From contig OY764216.1 of NCBI GenBank assembly GCA_963668315.1, positions 1,984,001 to 2,048,000 of the forward strand: a DNA stretch of 64,000 nucleotides, written 5' to 3'. This document shows positions 9,002 to 19,248 of this stretch, in pieces. The position numbers and the translations under genes are program-made. The notes below the pieces were generated by a model that worked only from the letters and a program-made list of their open reading frames with translations, made no database searches and was not told where the DNA came from. Each line of letters begins with the position of its first letter. The first letter of the stretch is position 1. Source of the DNA: Spirochaetia bacterium (GTDB taxonomy: Bacteria; Spirochaetota; Spirochaetia; DSM-2461).

Positions 9002-9690
9002 TATTGTCCGGACAAGCTGCGCCCCATTGGTCCGAGGCCTGCCCTCTCTGCGGGAAAGCGGGAGGGCACGGGCTTTTTTTCGAGGATAAATTCCGCCCCT
9101 ACTACCGCTGTCCCCGCTGTGGGCTTATCTTCGTCCCTTCCCCCTGGCAGGTTTCGGCGGAGAGGGAAAAGGCCCGCTATGATCAGCATAACAACGATCC
9201 CGCAGACCGGGGATACCGGGAGTTCCTGGGGAGGATCATTCCCTTTATGGAAGAGTTCCTGACTCCCCGATGCCGGAAGGGGCTGGATTTCGGCTGCGGT
9301 CCCGGTCCGGTCCTGGCGGAGATGCTTGAAAAGAAGGGCTATGCCATGGAAACCTACGATCTTTACTACCGGAACGACCCTGCCGTGCTGAAGGACGGGG
9401 CCTACGACTTTGTTACGGCTACGGAAGTCATTGAGCATCTGGCCGATCCGGGAAGTATGGTCGACAGGCTTCTTTCTCTTGTCAGGCCGGGGGGGATTCT
9501 GGCTTTGATGACCCGGTTCTTTGAGGAGGAGACGGATTTCAAAACCTGGTTCTACAAGGACGACGAGACCCATATATCCTTTTTCTCCCGGGAAAGTTTT
9601 CTCCGGATGGGAGAGGACAGGGGCCGGGAGGTGAGCTTTCGGGACAAGGATATGGTAATAATTAAAAGGGGAGCGGCCGATAATGACTAA
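8998..9690 (+). CDS. class I SAM-dependent methyltransferase with N-terminal Zn ribbon
   Basis: CPLC...CPRC, LDFGCGPG, TEVIEHL; ATGA overlap with upstream gene. Confidence 0.88.
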   Translation: MILSGQAAPHWSEACPLCGKAGGHGLFFEDKFRPYYRCPRCGLIFVPSPWQVSAEREKARYDQHNNDPADRGYREFLGRIIPFMEEFLTPRCRKGLDFGCGPGPVLAEMLEKKGYAMETYDLYYRNDPAVLKDGAYDFVTATEVIEHLADPGSMVDRLLSLVRPGGILALMTRFFEEETDFKTWFYKDDETHISFFSRESFLRMGEDRGREVSFRDKDMVIIKRGAADND

Positions 9691-10813
9691 TATGAAAGGT
9701 AAATACGTTTTTCCCGTTATTATATTACTGCTGACAGCTTCTTTCTTTTTAAACGCCGATGACCTGACCATCCAGAAGGGCGATATTTATATTGAGATCG
9801 CTCCGGGCAGTGACGGATTTGACCTCTGGATAAAAGCCGGGGAAGGTCTGGGCTCTGTCCTCCTCTCCGAATCCAGTGCCGATCCGGATATGCGGGCCGA
9901 CTCCTTTACCCTCAGGGCCTATGAATACAACGAAGTCAACGGCGACGAAAAACGTATCCTCAACGGAAAATTCATGGAGTCCTCCAATCCCCTGTATTTT
10001 CTCATGGATTCCACTCCCGAATATAACGAAGTCTTCGGTTCCGAGGCTTTCCACGTATTCGTCCCCCTCAATGTCACCTACGGGTACAGTTATCCCGGCA
10101 GCCGTGAGGGGCAGATAGAAATTCGAAAGGGCACCTGGCTGAACATCAGGGCCTTCGAACTGCCCTATGCCGATTACGCCGGGGCCTACCGGGACAATCC
10201 GTTCATTCTCTCCATGGAAGAGCTGCCTCCTCCCACTCCCCCCGCCCTGGAAGTGGAGAAGGAGGAGAAGATTTTCACCGCCGTAGCCGATGAGACCGAG
10301 GGCGTGTTCACTCCTGTGAGCAATACGGAAGCCGCGGCCAAGCGTATCGCCGAGCTGATTACCCGGGGCGACGATGTGGATGTGGTCCTGGTTATCGATA
10401 CCACCATCAGCATGAAAAACGACGTCGCCTTCCTGAGGCAGAATCTTCTGCCCATGGTGGAAGAGCAGATTATGAGCTACAGCCATTTCCGTATCGGAAT
10501 GGTTCTTTACCGGGACTACAAGGATGCCTACCTTACCCATGATTTCCCCTTCGAGTATGATCTGGACGCCATTCAGGGCCGTCTTAACATGATCACCGTC
10601 GACGGGGGAGGGGATAAACAGGAAGCGGTCTATGAAGGACTGTACGAGGCGATTATCGCCTATGACTGGCAGGCGTCCAACAGACTGATTATTCAGGTGG
10701 GCGATGCCATGCCCCACACCTATCCCAAGGGCAAGATAACCGAGGACATGGTCTTTGATGCGGCCCGGAGGATGGGCATTCAGATCTACCCGATCCTTCT
10801 GCCCGACGATTAA
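9683..10813 (+). CDS. secreted VWA-domain protein
   Basis: Signal peptide, MIDAS DTTISM, YRDY, GGGDKQE, GDAMPH. Confidence 0.85.
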   Translation: MTNMKGKYVFPVIILLLTASFFLNADDLTIQKGDIYIEIAPGSDGFDLWIKAGEGLGSVLLSESSADPDMRADSFTLRAYEYNEVNGDEKRILNGKFMESSNPLYFLMDSTPEYNEVFGSEAFHVFVPLNVTYGYSYPGSREGQIEIRKGTWLNIRAFELPYADYAGAYRDNPFILSMEELPPPTPPALEVEKEEKIFTAVADETEGVFTPVSNTEAAAKRIAELITRGDDVDVVLVIDTTISMKNDVAFLRQNLLPMVEEQIMSYSHFRIGMVLYRDYKDAYLTHDFPFEYDLDAIQGRLNMITVDGGGDKQEAVYEGLYEAIIAYDWQASNRLIIQVGDAMPHTYPKGKITEDMVFDAARRMGIQIYPILLPDD

Positions 10814-10816
10814 GAG

Positions 10817-10853
10817 AATACCCCTGTCCGGCAGCATCTGTCAGGGGGTATTT
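10817..10853 (+). terminator. intrinsic terminator hairpin
   Basis: AATACCCCTG...CAGGGGGTATT inverted repeat after the VWA gene stop. Confidence 0.55.
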
Positions 10854-10907
10854 ATCCAATCCGCACACGGCCGATAGCTCCCTTGAAGCGCTTTGGGGAT
10901 GGGGAAA

Positions 10908-11522
10908 TTACTGGATCAGGGGAACAAAACTGAATCCGAAGAACGTCTCTTTTACGAAACGGTCCCCCCTTTTCTGAACTTTCCAGAGGGAGTGGCCCAC
11001 AGGAATAACCAGGATGCCTCTCTCATTAAGCTGATCGGTCAGCCGGAAGGGAAAGGTCCTCGCCGCCGCCGAGACGAGGATGCGGTCAAAAAGCTGACCC
11101 GGAAGGCCCAGCTCCGGACCGGCGGGTATAATTTGCGCCCAGCCGAAGGGGTAGCGGCCCAGGTTGCGGCGGCCGAAGTTCACCAGTTCGCTGTGCCTCT
11201 CCACGCCCGTCACTGAGCCGCCCTCCGCCGTTATGCAGGCGAGCAGGGCCGTCGTCCAGCCCGATCCGGAACCGATATCCAGTATTTTAAGGCCCCTTGC
11301 CATTTCCAGAAGTTCCAGCATGAAGGCCACGGTATAGGGCTGGCTGATGGTCTGACCGCAGAGAATGGGCAGGGGGTTGTCATTATAGCACTCCCTTTTC
11401 GACTCGGAAAGAATAAAGTCGGCTCGGTCTATCCTGCGGAAAGCCTCCAGGAGAAGAGGGCTTTTCAGAACGTCTTGCCTTTGCAGGCTCTCAATGAGCC
11501 TCTGCCCGGGATCCATCTGCAT
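10908..11522 (-). CDS. pcm: protein-L-isoaspartate O-methyltransferase
   Basis: GQTISQP, LDIGSGSGW, FDRILVSAA, FSFVPL. Confidence 0.92.
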   Translation of the reverse strand: MQMDPGQRLIESLQRQDVLKSPLLLEAFRRIDRADFILSESKRECYNDNPLPILCGQTISQPYTVAFMLELLEMARGLKILDIGSGSGWTTALLACITAEGGSVTGVERHSELVNFGRRNLGRYPFGWAQIIPAGPELGLPGQLFDRILVSAAARTFPFRLTDQLNERGILVIPVGHSLWKVQKRGDRFVKETFFGFSFVPLIQ

Positions 11523-11657
11523 CCACCTCCTGGCCCCTTATGGTGAAATTATAGGAAATTTTTAGAGAGGAAACAAAGAAAAGGGAGAAGTCATCCCTTA
11601 TAATTAAAGACAAAGGGAGAAAGGAGTGCTTATCCGGCTGGACGGAGGCAGGCCTTT

Positions 11658-12149
11658 ATGAAGAGTTTTCGATGTTTCTTTCTCTTGCTGATCTGCTCTG
11701 TAAGCGGCGGAAGCTGTTTCCAGCTCTACCACTTTGTGGATTATTACTTTGAGGACAAGGCTCAGGGGCACAGGCTGTATGAGATTCCCCTCTTCCATCA
11801 GATAAATAACAGGGAGTGGGCTTCCTCTTTGCTGGCCGCCCAGATCACCTGGATAGAGGATAAGGAGGATTCCTGGTGGGATCCGGAAACCACATGGACT
11901 CTCGGTCGGGGAGACTGCGAAGATATCGCCATACTCTACCTGAATATTCTTTACTTCGGAACGGGGCGTAAGGGCAAGCTGGTCCTTGTGGGATACGGCA
12001 AGGAGATTGTAAACGGGGGGTTCGGGACAAAACACTGCATCGTCCAGTTCGACGGAGAGTACTTTGATCCCATCACCGGGACTGCCTACGGCAAAAGCGA
12101 AATCATGTACGAATACAGCTTCGACACGGTTTTCAGTGCGTCCTTCTGA
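11658..12149 (+). CDS. exported transglutaminase-like cysteine peptidase
   Basis: Signal peptide; W..P.TT...GRGDCEDIA, then KHCIV and YFDP (Cys-His-Asp). Confidence 0.65.
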   Translation: MKSFRCFFLLLICSVSGGSCFQLYHFVDYYFEDKAQGHRLYEIPLFHQINNREWASSLLAAQITWIEDKEDSWWDPETTWTLGRGDCEDIAILYLNILYFGTGRKGKLVLVGYGKEIVNGGFGTKHCIVQFDGEYFDPITGTAYGKSEIMYEYSFDTVFSASF

Positions 12150-12152
12150 TCA

Positions 12153-12177
12153 TCTCCTCCGGGAGCCCCGGAGGAGA
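12153..12177. terminator. hairpin between convergent genes
   Basis: TCTCCTCCGGG-AGC-CCCGGAGGAGA perfect inverted repeat. Confidence 0.6.
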
Positions 12178-12183
12178 AGGGAT

Positions 12184-13083
12184 TTAACGTGCTTCTTCCA
12201 CCAGCTTCATGAACCGCCGGCCGTATTCCACGTAGTTTTTGTACATGACTTCATCACGGTTTGTCGAGTTCTCCTCATGGAAGACAATCGTCATATGGGG
12301 CTCAATGGAGAATCCGCCGTCGTAACCGCTCTTTAAAAGGTCGGCAACTATCTCCTTCACCTTTCCCTGTCCCTCTCCGGGGAAGGTCCAGCGGGAGTTG
12401 TTAAAAACCTGGTCCGGTTGTAGCTCCTGGAAAATCCCGTCTTTGATATGGACGTAGCCAATATGCTCCTTAACGGCCTGGTAGAACTGCCAGGCATCCT
12501 GCATACGGGACATGTCGCTGAAGCGGTAATCCACCGAGTTGACCGGATTCCCCGTATCAAAGAGAAAACGGAAGGCGGGGGATTTCACATTCTCAATCAG
12601 CCTGAGGGCATGATCGGAGGACATCCCGCCGTAATTGGCGCAGTTCTCATGCATGTAGAGAGCTCCGGCGTCTTCGCACATCTTCGCCAGCTCTTCCACC
12701 CGGGAAAAAATGAGTCTCTCCAGTTCGGGGGTATAGACAGAGGCGTCCCTTATGCGGGTGAAACTCATGCCCCTTATCATGCTGCAGCCGAGTTTTTCCA
12801 TGCGGACAAGGGCCCGCTTCAGTTCGTCCCGGCTTTTGATCCAGTCCTCCTCGGAACGGGGATCGCGGCTCCAGTTGGCCACGGTACTGCCGAAACAGTT
12901 GATTTTCACCCCGCTGTCGGCCAGCATCCCCGCCGCCTTTTCAAAGGCTTCCTCGCTCAGCTCATGGATATTGACGCCGTCGATATTGCGGGATTCGATA
13001 TAATCCCATCCCAGTTCCTTCGTCGCTTTTATCTGTCCTCCCAGCCCGACGGAAGCTTCGTCGGCAAATCCGGAGTAGTACAT
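12184..13083 (-). CDS. sugar phosphate isomerase/epimerase (xylose isomerase-like TIM barrel)
   Basis: SGFADE, HEN, FDTGN, HIKD, SIEPH metal ligands. Confidence 0.88.
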   Translation of the reverse strand: MYYSGFADEASVGLGGQIKATKELGWDYIESRNIDGVNIHELSEEAFEKAAGMLADSGVKINCFGSTVANWSRDPRSEEDWIKSRDELKRALVRMEKLGCSMIRGMSFTRIRDASVYTPELERLIFSRVEELAKMCEDAGALYMHENCANYGGMSSDHALRLIENVKSPAFRFLFDTGNPVNSVDYRFSDMSRMQDAWQFYQAVKEHIGYVHIKDGIFQELQPDQVFNNSRWTFPGEGQGKVKEIVADLLKSGYDGGFSIEPHMTIVFHEENSTNRDEVMYKNYVEYGRRFMKLVEEAR

Positions 13084-13874
13084 TATTTCACTCCCATCCT
13101 GATCAGGTTATCGTAGGAAATCTTGATGGATTCGAAGATATCCCTATCCTCGAAAGGCGCATCCTGTTCGACCACGACCCAGCGGACTCCGGTATCTTCG
13201 CAGGCTTCGATGATGGCCGGCCAGTTCAGGTTCCCTTCGCCCACTTCGCAGAAGTTGATCTCGAAATCCCACATCTTGCCGCGGACGGCGTAATCCTTGA
13301 AGTGGCAGACAGGCATGCGGCCTTCCACTTTTTTGATCCAGTCGATCGGATTATGTCCGCCCCGCTGGACCCAGTGTACATCGATTTCGGCATGGAAGGT
13401 TTTCGGATCGGTTTCATCGTAGAGCCTTTCCAGCCAGAGTTTGTCCCTGCCCGCTTTTCTGAATTCGAAGTGGTGATTGTGGTATCCGAAGCGGATGCCC
13501 TCGGCGGCGAAGCGCCGGCCGAACTCATCCAGCTCGGCGATGAGTTTTGTCGTTTTCTCCTCGTCCGGATCCCATTCGAAGCCGGGGGACCCGATGGCGG
13601 CGAAGTCGCACTCCCACAGTTTGAGTTTTTTCACCACACCGTCGAAGTTGTCCCTCAGATCCTGAAGGTTCTCGTGGGTGGCGCAGACGTAGAGGCCGTA
13701 CTTGTCCAGCTTCTCCTTAACGATTTCCGGGGCCACGGCCACTCCGGAAACCTGTACGGCCTGATAGCCGATCTCCTTGACGCGGGCCAGTGTGGAATCC
13801 AGGTCTTCGGCGGTTTTGCAGTAATCTCTCAGATTGTAAAGGGTTACGCCGATTTTCGTGTTCGGTTCTTTCAT
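13083..13874 (-). CDS. sugar phosphate isomerase/epimerase (TIM barrel)
   Basis: YHNHHFEF, EIDVHW, HFKD, VEQD. Confidence 0.88.
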   Translation of the reverse strand: MKEPNTKIGVTLYNLRDYCKTAEDLDSTLARVKEIGYQAVQVSGVAVAPEIVKEKLDKYGLYVCATHENLQDLRDNFDGVVKKLKLWECDFAAIGSPGFEWDPDEEKTTKLIAELDEFGRRFAAEGIRFGYHNHHFEFRKAGRDKLWLERLYDETDPKTFHAEIDVHWVQRGGHNPIDWIKKVEGRMPVCHFKDYAVRGKMWDFEINFCEVGEGNLNWPAIIEACEDTGVRWVVVEQDAPFEDRDIFESIKISYDNLIRMGVK

Positions 13875-13886
13875 AGGGGTTTCTCC

Positions 13887-15050
13887 TTAGAAGGACTGAC
13901 CGAAGTCGTCCGCGGTGCTATTCACGACTTCCTTCTTGAAAGTCGAGCCGGCGATAAGTTCTTTGAGCTTGTTTTCGAAGGCATCTTCGTCAACGGGAAG
14001 GTCCACCATCTTTTTCTCAAAGCCCGAAAGCATAATGGCATTGTCCATGGCAATGGAGTGAATGCCCTCTTCGGCGGGGGCGATAAGATCCTTACCTTCG
14101 GCGATGGCGTCGCAGAAGTTCTCTATGATGAGAGCATGCACTCCCCCCGTCTCCTCGAAGGGAATGTCGCAGGTCCAGCATTCCGGTTTGGCAAAGCCCC
14201 CCTCGGCGGTCTTCAGATGGTCCAGAAGGGACTCCCGGTTGCGGTAGAATGTCAGTTTATCCCCTTCCCAGACCAGTTTCCCCTGTTCGCCCACAATCTC
14301 CAGGCGGTTGGTTCCGGGGGCTTCGCCGGTGGTGGTGATGAAGTGCCCCACCATGCCGTTATCGTACTCGAAATAGGCGGTTACCTCGTCTTCCACTTCG
14401 ATGTTATGGTATTTGCCTATGGAGATGAAGCCCTGGACACGGTCGGGCCGTCCCACGAACCACTGGTACATATCCAGCTGATGGGGGCACTGGTTCATGA
14501 GAACCCCGCCGCCTTCGCCCTCCCAGGTGGCCCTCCAGCCTCCGGAGTTGTAATAGGACTGGGTCCTGTACCAGTCGGTGATGATCCAGGTGGTGCGGAT
14601 GAGCTTGCCCAGTTCACCCGAGTCGATCAGATCCTTGATCTTCAGGGCCGGACCGCGGGTCCTCTGCTGGAACATGGCGGAAAAAACAAGGTCTTCCTTC
14701 TTCTTTTTCGCCTCCTCATAGGCGTTTATCATTTTGCGGATATCCTTGACATGGACGCCCACCGGCTTTTCGGTGAGTACATTTACCCCATGGGCGAAAG
14801 CTTCGACGGCAATGGTCGTATGGGCGTAATGGGGAGTGGCGATAATCACGCCGTCAATACCGCCGGCGGCGAACATATCCGCCGTGGAGTAATAGGCCTT
14901 GCATCCGTATTTCCCGGCCTTTTCATCGGCCTTCTTTCTGTCCACATCGCAGACGCAGACCAGTTCGGCCTTCTCCATGCCGTCGATATCGGCGCAGTGG
15001 CTGGTTCCCATATTACCCAGTCCTACGACGGCCAGTTTTACTTGTTTCAT
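13887..15050 (-). CDS. Gfo/Idh/MocA oxidoreductase
   Basis: GLGNMG, ATPHYAH, EKP, WRATWEGEGGGVLMNQCPH; start MKQVK at 15050. Confidence 0.92.
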   Translation of the reverse strand: MKQVKLAVVGLGNMGTSHCADIDGMEKAELVCVCDVDRKKADEKAGKYGCKAYYSTADMFAAGGIDGVIIATPHYAHTTIAVEAFAHGVNVLTEKPVGVHVKDIRKMINAYEEAKKKKEDLVFSAMFQQRTRGPALKIKDLIDSGELGKLIRTTWIITDWYRTQSYYNSGGWRATWEGEGGGVLMNQCPHQLDMYQWFVGRPDRVQGFISIGKYHNIEVEDEVTAYFEYDNGMVGHFITTTGEAPGTNRLEIVGEQGKLVWEGDKLTFYRNRESLLDHLKTAEGGFAKPECWTCDIPFEETGGVHALIIENFCDAIAEGKDLIAPAEEGIHSIAMDNAIMLSGFEKKMVDLPVDEDAFENKLKELIAGSTFKKEVVNSTADDFGQSF

Positions 15051-16138
15051 GCTTTCTCTCCTTTGTATGGTAACGTTTCCGGTTTCGTCCAGCCGGACAA
15101 AGGCAGGGAAACGGGTGATCCCGAAAAGTGGGACTGATAGACGGCCAGTACCGCCTCGGTCGAATCGGCCAGGGAATCCAGGCTGACAAGGGGGGATGTT
15201 TTCGTTTCGAGGGCCGTGAGGAAATCGGCATAGTTGCGGCTGTGAAGAGAGCCGTAGCACTCCTTTCCCGGTGCCTTCTCCTCCACCTCTTCCAGAGAGG
15301 CGGACAGCTTTTCCGTCAGGGCTGGATCGGTGCAGGTAAATTCTTCGCTGCCGATAAGAGTGAGTTCATGCTTTGATCCTTTAAAACGGATTTCCGGCTG
15401 CCAGGAAGTGACCAGGTCGTTCTGCAGGGACAGGGAAACCCGGTCGGTCCTGCCTTTCTCATAGAAGAATACCGCTTCGGCCCGGTCCTCCACTTCGATC
15501 ATGGGGAGTTTCTCCCTGAAAAGGTTTCCCTCTATTCTGTCGGGCATACCTGCCAGCTGAATGAGAAGGTCCATGGTATGGATGGCCTGATTGATGATGA
15601 GTCCGCCCCCCTCGGTATCCCATTTCCCGCGCCACGGATCGGAACCGTAATACTCTTCGTTCCGTGTGCAGAGGAAGCTGAGTGATACCTCTTCAAGGGT
15701 TCCCAGCTCTTCCTTGTCCAGAATCCCGGCGACCTCCTGGACAAGGGGGGAAAAGCGGTGCTGAAAAATGCCTCCCGTGATGAGCCCCTTTTTGAAACCC
15801 GCTCTGGCGGCTTCCTTCATGGAGCTGAGCTGTTCCAGGTTCACTCCCATCGGTTTTTCGCAGATAACATGCTTTCCCGCTTCCAGGCAGTCGATAAGGG
15901 CGGGGGCGTGCAGATAATGGGGCAGGCAGATAGCCACCGCATCGATATCGGGCGAAGCGAGCATCTCTTTCCAGTCTTCGAAGAGGAGGATATTCCGGTC
16001 TTCCGCCAGTTTTTCCATCCTGTCCCGGCGCAGATCGCACAGGGCGGCCAGTTCGGCCTTTTCATTTCCATCAATTGCCCATATATGGGTGGGGGCGATC
16101 ACTCCGCAACCCAGAACGGCGAAACGTATTTTTTCCAT
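15047..16138 (-). CDS. Gfo/Idh/MocA oxidoreductase
   Basis: GCGVIA, CEKP, WRGKWDTEGGGLIINQAIH; start MEKIR at 16138. Confidence 0.92.
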   Translation of the reverse strand: MEKIRFAVLGCGVIAPTHIWAIDGNEKAELAALCDLRRDRMEKLAEDRNILLFEDWKEMLASPDIDAVAICLPHYLHAPALIDCLEAGKHVICEKPMGVNLEQLSSMKEAARAGFKKGLITGGIFQHRFSPLVQEVAGILDKEELGTLEEVSLSFLCTRNEEYYGSDPWRGKWDTEGGGLIINQAIHTMDLLIQLAGMPDRIEGNLFREKLPMIEVEDRAEAVFFYEKGRTDRVSLSLQNDLVTSWQPEIRFKGSKHELTLIGSEEFTCTDPALTEKLSASLEEVEEKAPGKECYGSLHSRNYADFLTALETKTSPLVSLDSLADSTEAVLAVYQSHFSGSPVSLPLSGWTKPETLPYKGEKA

Positions 16139-16230
16139 GAGAAGCAGTATAAGCCCGGTTTTTTCTGAAATGAATGTTTGTTTTCCGAAAAAACATGGAC
16201 ATATTCTGACAAAAAGCATATATTTTGACC

Positions 16231-17058
16231 ATGCCAGAGGAGATCCCCTTTTACAAAACCATCCCCTACCGAAATCTGATTCTCGATCTGTCCATGCCCC
16301 CCTTTCCCCAGGAGAACGGCAGCGACTGGAACATCAGCAACCGGACGATGAACGATTACGACCTTTTCATCTGCGAGGAGGGGAGCGCCCTTTTTTCCAT
16401 GGGGGGCAGGAACTACCGCCTGCATAAGGGGATGGGCCTTCTTGTTCCGCCGGACTGTATGATCAGCGCCCGGAAAACCAGTCTCGAGCCGGTGAAGATG
16501 GTGGCCCAGCATTTCATGCTCTACATGTTTCACCGGACCGATTTCTTCAGCCATATCAAGTACGATCCCCTGGTCACTTTTCCCCGGCAGGAGCTTGTCT
16601 CCGCCGTAACCGGGGATATACGGCGGACGATGGAAACGGCGCCGGAAACCTGGACGCCCCTGGATACAAGTCCTTCCTTCATGCTTATTCTCAAGGAATT
16701 CATCGAAGCGGCCTATCGGGAACAGGATATCAGGGAAGAGAGAAAAAGCCATATTGTCCTTGAGATGATGGGGCAGGTGGAGAGGGAATACCGAAATCCC
16801 CTCCTGCTGGAGAAGCTGATGGACCGCTCCCCCTACGGGTACAGCCATACGGCCAATCTCTTCAAGGAATATACCGGCCGTTCCCTGAAATCCTTTATCA
16901 TAGAGAGGCGGATGGAAGCGGGTAAGGATGCTTTACTGAAGGGCCTGAGCGTGAGTGAGAGCGCCGAAGCGGCGGGATACGAAGACGGTTTTTACTTTTC
17001 CCGGATCTTCAAAAAATATACCGGATCGTCTCCCCGTGATTTCAGGAACAGAATTTAG
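16231..17058 (+). CDS. AraC family transcriptional regulator
   Basis: Cupin-like N-terminus; C-terminal GYEDGFYFSRIFKKYTGSSP. Confidence 0.92.
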   Translation: MPEEIPFYKTIPYRNLILDLSMPPFPQENGSDWNISNRTMNDYDLFICEEGSALFSMGGRNYRLHKGMGLLVPPDCMISARKTSLEPVKMVAQHFMLYMFHRTDFFSHIKYDPLVTFPRQELVSAVTGDIRRTMETAPETWTPLDTSPSFMLILKEFIEAAYREQDIREERKSHIVLEMMGQVEREYRNPLLLEKLMDRSPYGYSHTANLFKEYTGRSLKSFIIERRMEAGKDALLKGLSVSESAEAAGYEDGFYFSRIFKKYTGSSPRDFRNRI

Positions 17059-17076
17059 AGAGGTTCTGCCGCCCCT

Positions 17077-19248
17077 TCAGGCCGAGAGGCTTTTCCGGAT
17101 ATATTCGAGCATCTGTTTGGGGGGAAGGGCCGGGGAGAAGTAGTACCCTTGAATCGCATGACAGCCGGCCCTTCTGAGGTAGTGCAGCTCCTCTTCATTC
17201 TCAACCCCTTCGGAGACGATCTTGACTCCGAGGGCCTGCCCGATGGCGATGATGGAGTTGACGACGCCCTTCTTCCTTTTATCGGTGAGAAGATTGTTGA
17301 CAAAGGCTTTATCGATTTTCAGAACGTCTACGGGGAAGTCGGAAAGATAGGCCAGAGAGCTGTATCCCGTCCCGAAATCGTCCAGAGCGACGGAGAAGCC
17401 CACTTCCTTGAGGCGCTGGATATTGCTGAGGATCTGCCCGTGGTTATATATCAGAATCGTTTCGGTCAGTTCCAGTTCCAGCTGGGACGGGGAGATGTTC
17501 CGGCTGACTGTCATGTCAATCAGCTCCTCGATGAAAGCGGGGTCGGCGAAGTTGGAGGGAGAGACATTCAGGGAGACCGGGATGCGGCTCAGTTCCGTCT
17601 TTCTCCATCGGCTTATCTGATTCAGGACGGCATTCAGAACATAGAGGTCTAACTCTTTCATCAGGCCCGTCTCTTCGGCCAGGGAGATAAAGTCTTCGGG
17701 ATTCATATTCCCCAGTTCCGGATCGTTCCATCGAAGCAGTGCTTCCATGCCGGTTATCCTGTATTGCCACGAATCATGCTGGGGCTGGTAGAAGATCTCC
17801 AGCTGTTCCTTTTTCAGGGCCTGTTCAAGCCGGGATTCCAACCGCTCTTTCTCCATCTGGAATATATCCATGTTTCTCCCGAATCCGCAGGGGCAGCAGA
17901 GACCTTTCCTTCTGGCGTGATCTATTGAGGCAAAGAGCTGGTTGAGCAGGGTTTCCTGGGAGACGCTTCCGTCGGAGAAAACGGTATACCCGACGCTCAT
18001 GCGGGGGATATACTCTTCCTTCGCCTCTCTGCTGTTACCATAGACGGAGAGGGGCCTTCTCAATTCTCTGAACAGCCCGTCGCTTATGCTCTCGGCCGAT
18101 TCCCCCTGCAGGGGAAGAATGAGGAGAAAACGGTCATCGGAATAGCGGCAGGCCCAGTCCTCATCGCCGCAGAAATCCTTTATCCTGTCGGCAAGATTCT
18201 GAAGAATATTGCTCTGCTGTTCCAGTCCGTAGCGGAGGAGCGTCTTCTTGTAATCCTCCCATTCGGTCATGATAAGGCAGAGTTCTGATTTATCCTGACA
18301 GATTTCGGACATTTTCTTCGAAAGGACCGCGTTTAACTGGGACCGGTTTGCCAGGCCCGTCATCTTGTCGTAGCTGTTCATGAAATGGATTAATGCGGAT
18401 TGGTCCTGGATTCGGTGGAGAGAATCCTTAAGCCTTAGATTCAGCCGGGCGTAGTCTCTGTTGAGTTCCTTGATGCGGTTGAAGCTGTTCAGGGTCAGAT
18501 GGGTGTGGTAGATGATCTGCTGCATGATAAGAACGATAAGGGCAAGCTTGAGAAATATGCCGCATCCCAGGGATGTGGGCAGGAAGGCCGGGGCGTAAAG
18601 GGTCAGAAGAATCAGTATCAGGCCGGGGAAAAAGCCCAGCGGATGGATGGCGCGCCGTTTTATTTTATGGACGACCTGCACGATGACGAAGGAGAAGCAG
18701 AGGAAGACTTCCGGCATCAGGATTATCTTCTGAATAGAGAGCATCGACTCCGGAGAGACAAGAATGAAAAGGATGTTTGCTTCAAGAAGGAGGGTCATCG
18801 TCTTTGTTATTCGGGGAAGACAGGGACTTCCCCTGTAGTGGCTGTAGAATAGAATGAAGCCGATAAAGGACATGTTCAGGGCGGAGATTCTCAGCTTCTG
18901 ATTGAGGGGAATGTCGCTGAAGCGGGGACAGAGGGCCTGAAAGAAAGGGCTTGTCAGCAGGAGAAGGAGGAATAGCCCCCCGTTCATAAGGGCGAAATAG
19001 AGGTATTCCTTGCGCTTCTTTCCCATAAAATACATGGCCGTATAAATGATAATGGCCGAAAGAAGTATTCCCAGAAAAATATGATCCCCAATCAGGTTAA
19101 GCTGCCCGAGAGGGGAGAGGTCGGTCAGTGCGGTCGTTTCCGTGAGCACCGTATCGGTATAAAATCTCTCGATGAACCCGTGGCTGTTCCCCTTATAGAA
19201 ACCCAAAGCCAATGAGAACAGTAATAAAAGAAGATTTACATTTGCCAT
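17077..19248 (-). CDS. membrane-bound c-di-GMP phosphodiesterase (multi-TM, degenerate GGDEF, EAL)
   Basis: EALLRW, DDFGTGYSS, KID, EGVE intact; GGDEF position reads YSDDRF. Confidence 0.88.
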   Translation of the reverse strand: MANVNLLLLLFSLALGFYKGNSHGFIERFYTDTVLTETTALTDLSPLGQLNLIGDHIFLGILLSAIIIYTAMYFMGKKRKEYLYFALMNGGLFLLLLLTSPFFQALCPRFSDIPLNQKLRISALNMSFIGFILFYSHYRGSPCLPRITKTMTLLLEANILFILVSPESMLSIQKIILMPEVFLCFSFVIVQVVHKIKRRAIHPLGFFPGLILILLTLYAPAFLPTSLGCGIFLKLALIVLIMQQIIYHTHLTLNSFNRIKELNRDYARLNLRLKDSLHRIQDQSALIHFMNSYDKMTGLANRSQLNAVLSKKMSEICQDKSELCLIMTEWEDYKKTLLRYGLEQQSNILQNLADRIKDFCGDEDWACRYSDDRFLLILPLQGESAESISDGLFRELRRPLSVYGNSREAKEEYIPRMSVGYTVFSDGSVSQETLLNQLFASIDHARRKGLCCPCGFGRNMDIFQMEKERLESRLEQALKKEQLEIFYQPQHDSWQYRITGMEALLRWNDPELGNMNPEDFISLAEETGLMKELDLYVLNAVLNQISRWRKTELSRIPVSLNVSPSNFADPAFIEELIDMTVSRNISPSQLELELTETILIYNHGQILSNIQRLKEVGFSVALDDFGTGYSSLAYLSDFPVDVLKIDKAFVNNLLTDKRKKGVVNSIIAIGQALGVKIVSEGVENEEELHYLRRAGCHAIQGYYFSPALPPKQMLEYIRKSLSA

